From: Atractiella rhizophila
Taxonomy: Eukaryota
Direction of reading: 5' to 3'
DNA length: 38,826 bases
Assembly: GCA_021432655.1 (NCBI GenBank)
Contig: MU271392.1
Span: 1 to 38,826 of the forward strand
Shown: positions 37,332-38,826 of the stretch, one piece after another
Layout: each line of letters begins with the position of its first letter
Position numbering within the stretch: the stretch's first letter is position 1
Position numbers and translations under genes: made by a program
The notes under the pieces: model-generated
Seen by the model: only the letters and a program-made list of their open reading frames with translations
Told to the model about the DNA's origin: nothing
Database searches by the model: none

Positions 37332-38826
37332 TCAAAGATCTCGAAGACTCTTCCATGTCCTCCCTTTCACACCCCACTCCTCCTCCCTCTCCTTCGTCCC
37401 CCATCCCCACTCCAGTAGCTCAATCAAACCACCAAGAAAAGCTTGTTCCAAAGCCATGCCAGGAGACGGAAGACAGTAACGAAAGCAATCTTCCTGTGCT
37501 CCTTTCCTTAAACCGNNNNNNNNNNNNNNNNNNNNNNNNNNNNNNNNNNNNNNNNNNNNNNNNNNNNNNNNNNNNNNNNNNNNNNNNNNNNNNNNNNNNN
37601 NNNNNNNNNNNNNNNNNNNNNNNNNNNNNNNNNNNNNNNNNNNNNNNNNNNNNNNNNNNNNNNNNNNNNNNNNNNNNNNNNNNNNNNNNNNNNNNNNNNN
37701 NNNNNNNNNNNNNNNNNNNNNNNNNNNNNNNNNNNNNNNNNNNNNNNNNNNNNNNNNNNNNNNNNNNNNNNNNNNNNNNNNNNNNNNNNNNNNNNNNNNN
37801 NNNNNNNNNNNNNNNNNNNNNNNNNNNNNNNNNNNNNNNNNNNNNNNNNNNNNNNNNNNNNNNNNNNNNNNNNNNNNNNNNNNNNNNNNNNNNNNNNNNN
37901 NNNNNNNNNNNNNNNNNNNNNNNNNNNNNNNNNNNNNNNNNNNNNNNNNNNNNNNNNNNNNNNNNNNNNNNNNNNNNNNNNNNNNNNNNNNNNNNNNNNN
38001 NNNNNNNNNNNNNNNNNNNNNNNNNNNNNNCCTGGGGATGGATGGATGGGCCATTGTATTTGTTGTGTCATGCGTTTCCGGGAGGCGGAGGAGTTGGACG
38101 AGTAGCAGTCGGGTTGGGCTAGCCAACCGGAACGATAAACGAGGAGAGTTTTGTAGCCTGTTTCTTTCGAGCCTCTAACATATCGGAGCATCTGGATGAA
38201 CTCGGGAAGCCAAACATCCTTCGTTATCTTTGTCGCTGCATCAAGAACACGTTTCACCACTTCTTCCCCCCTCTGTCCGGGTGTGCGGTCCCCGAGGATT
38301 GCGTCGAATTGGGGATTGTGCCCTTCGATGGGAAGGGGGAGAGGAGATTTGTGGATGATGACGAGGTCTGACCTCTTCGCATCCGTCGTCCATGCATAAT
38401 TCATCTCCCTCACTCCAGTATAGGGATGCACGAACGCCGGATCGAACCTCTGAGCCATCGTGCCCGCAAATCCAGCGACGGAATCTGAACGACGATATCG
38501 GAGGTAGGTCCATGGGATAGTGGCACGTTTCTCGAGCTTGTTTCCCACAGCTCCCTTTTCGGCGTCGCTGCCATGGGGATGGTCTGACGAAGTGGAGTGT
38601 AGGGAAGGTGGAGGTGGGAGCTTCGAGAATGCCGTTTCGTCGTTTGTCCAGCGCTCAATTGCTTCTATCTTTGCCGCCAGGGAAGGAGATTGTGCGTCCT
38701 CTCCTTCACGAAGAGGCTCAATGACGGCGTGGAATTCCTCATCGCAGATCGCATGTTGAGCGCAATACAAGTCACCATAACATGTTGCCGGACGTATCTT
38801 GGTCCAATCGAGCAAGAGGTCGTGTA
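37332..38826 (-). CDS. PC-esterase/TBL (SGNH-like O-acyltransferase/esterase)-like protein; 5' end beyond the window and interrupted by an assembly gap
   Basis: Open frame 38826-38031 has SDLVIIH and TLLVYRSGW blocks in PC-esterase order. After the gap, EDCFRYCLPSPG matches the family's C-terminal DCxHxCLPG motif apart from His. Confidence 0.55.
37516..38030. other. Assembly gap (515 N)
   Basis: Run of N characters. Confidence 1.

Noticed and set aside
37332..38126. Long ORFs 37332..38126 (-) and 37355..38122 (+) as complete genes
   Set aside because: Their length comes from translating through the N gap. Only the 3' piece of the minus-strand ORF looks coding.

Overview
Gene-dense, intron-rich eukaryotic DNA from a fungus. 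The short introns (mostly about 40-80 nt), GTNCG-type donors and gene content suggest a basidiomycete, possibly Pucciniomycotina; this is inference only. About 17 spliced protein genes were read by hand. In order: a partial orphan membrane protein, a head-to-head RPS22/RPS17 pair, ELP6-like, Alba/Rpp25-like, ZNF830-like, MED16, CCP1, a TPR protein, RSR1/Rap1, COG6, PEX8-like, a HET-C homologue, TAF5, two tandem DHA2-type MFS transporters, and a gap-interrupted PC-esterase/TBL-like gene. No rRNA, tRNA, CRISPR array or intact transposon was seen. The best leads are: (1) a hairpin-H-hairpin-ACA RNA in the long first intron of RPS22; (2) a long HET-C first intron that can fold into two mutually exclusive structures next to a stop-introducing alternative acceptor; (3) a 163-bp tandem duplication directly upstream of HET-C; (4) a TBL/PC-esterase-like protein whose catalytic DxxH reads DxxR; (5) a 9-nt intron shift and a GT/GC donor difference between the MFS paralogues. 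Exon structures and family calls come from manual reading and recalled motifs, not from database searches.
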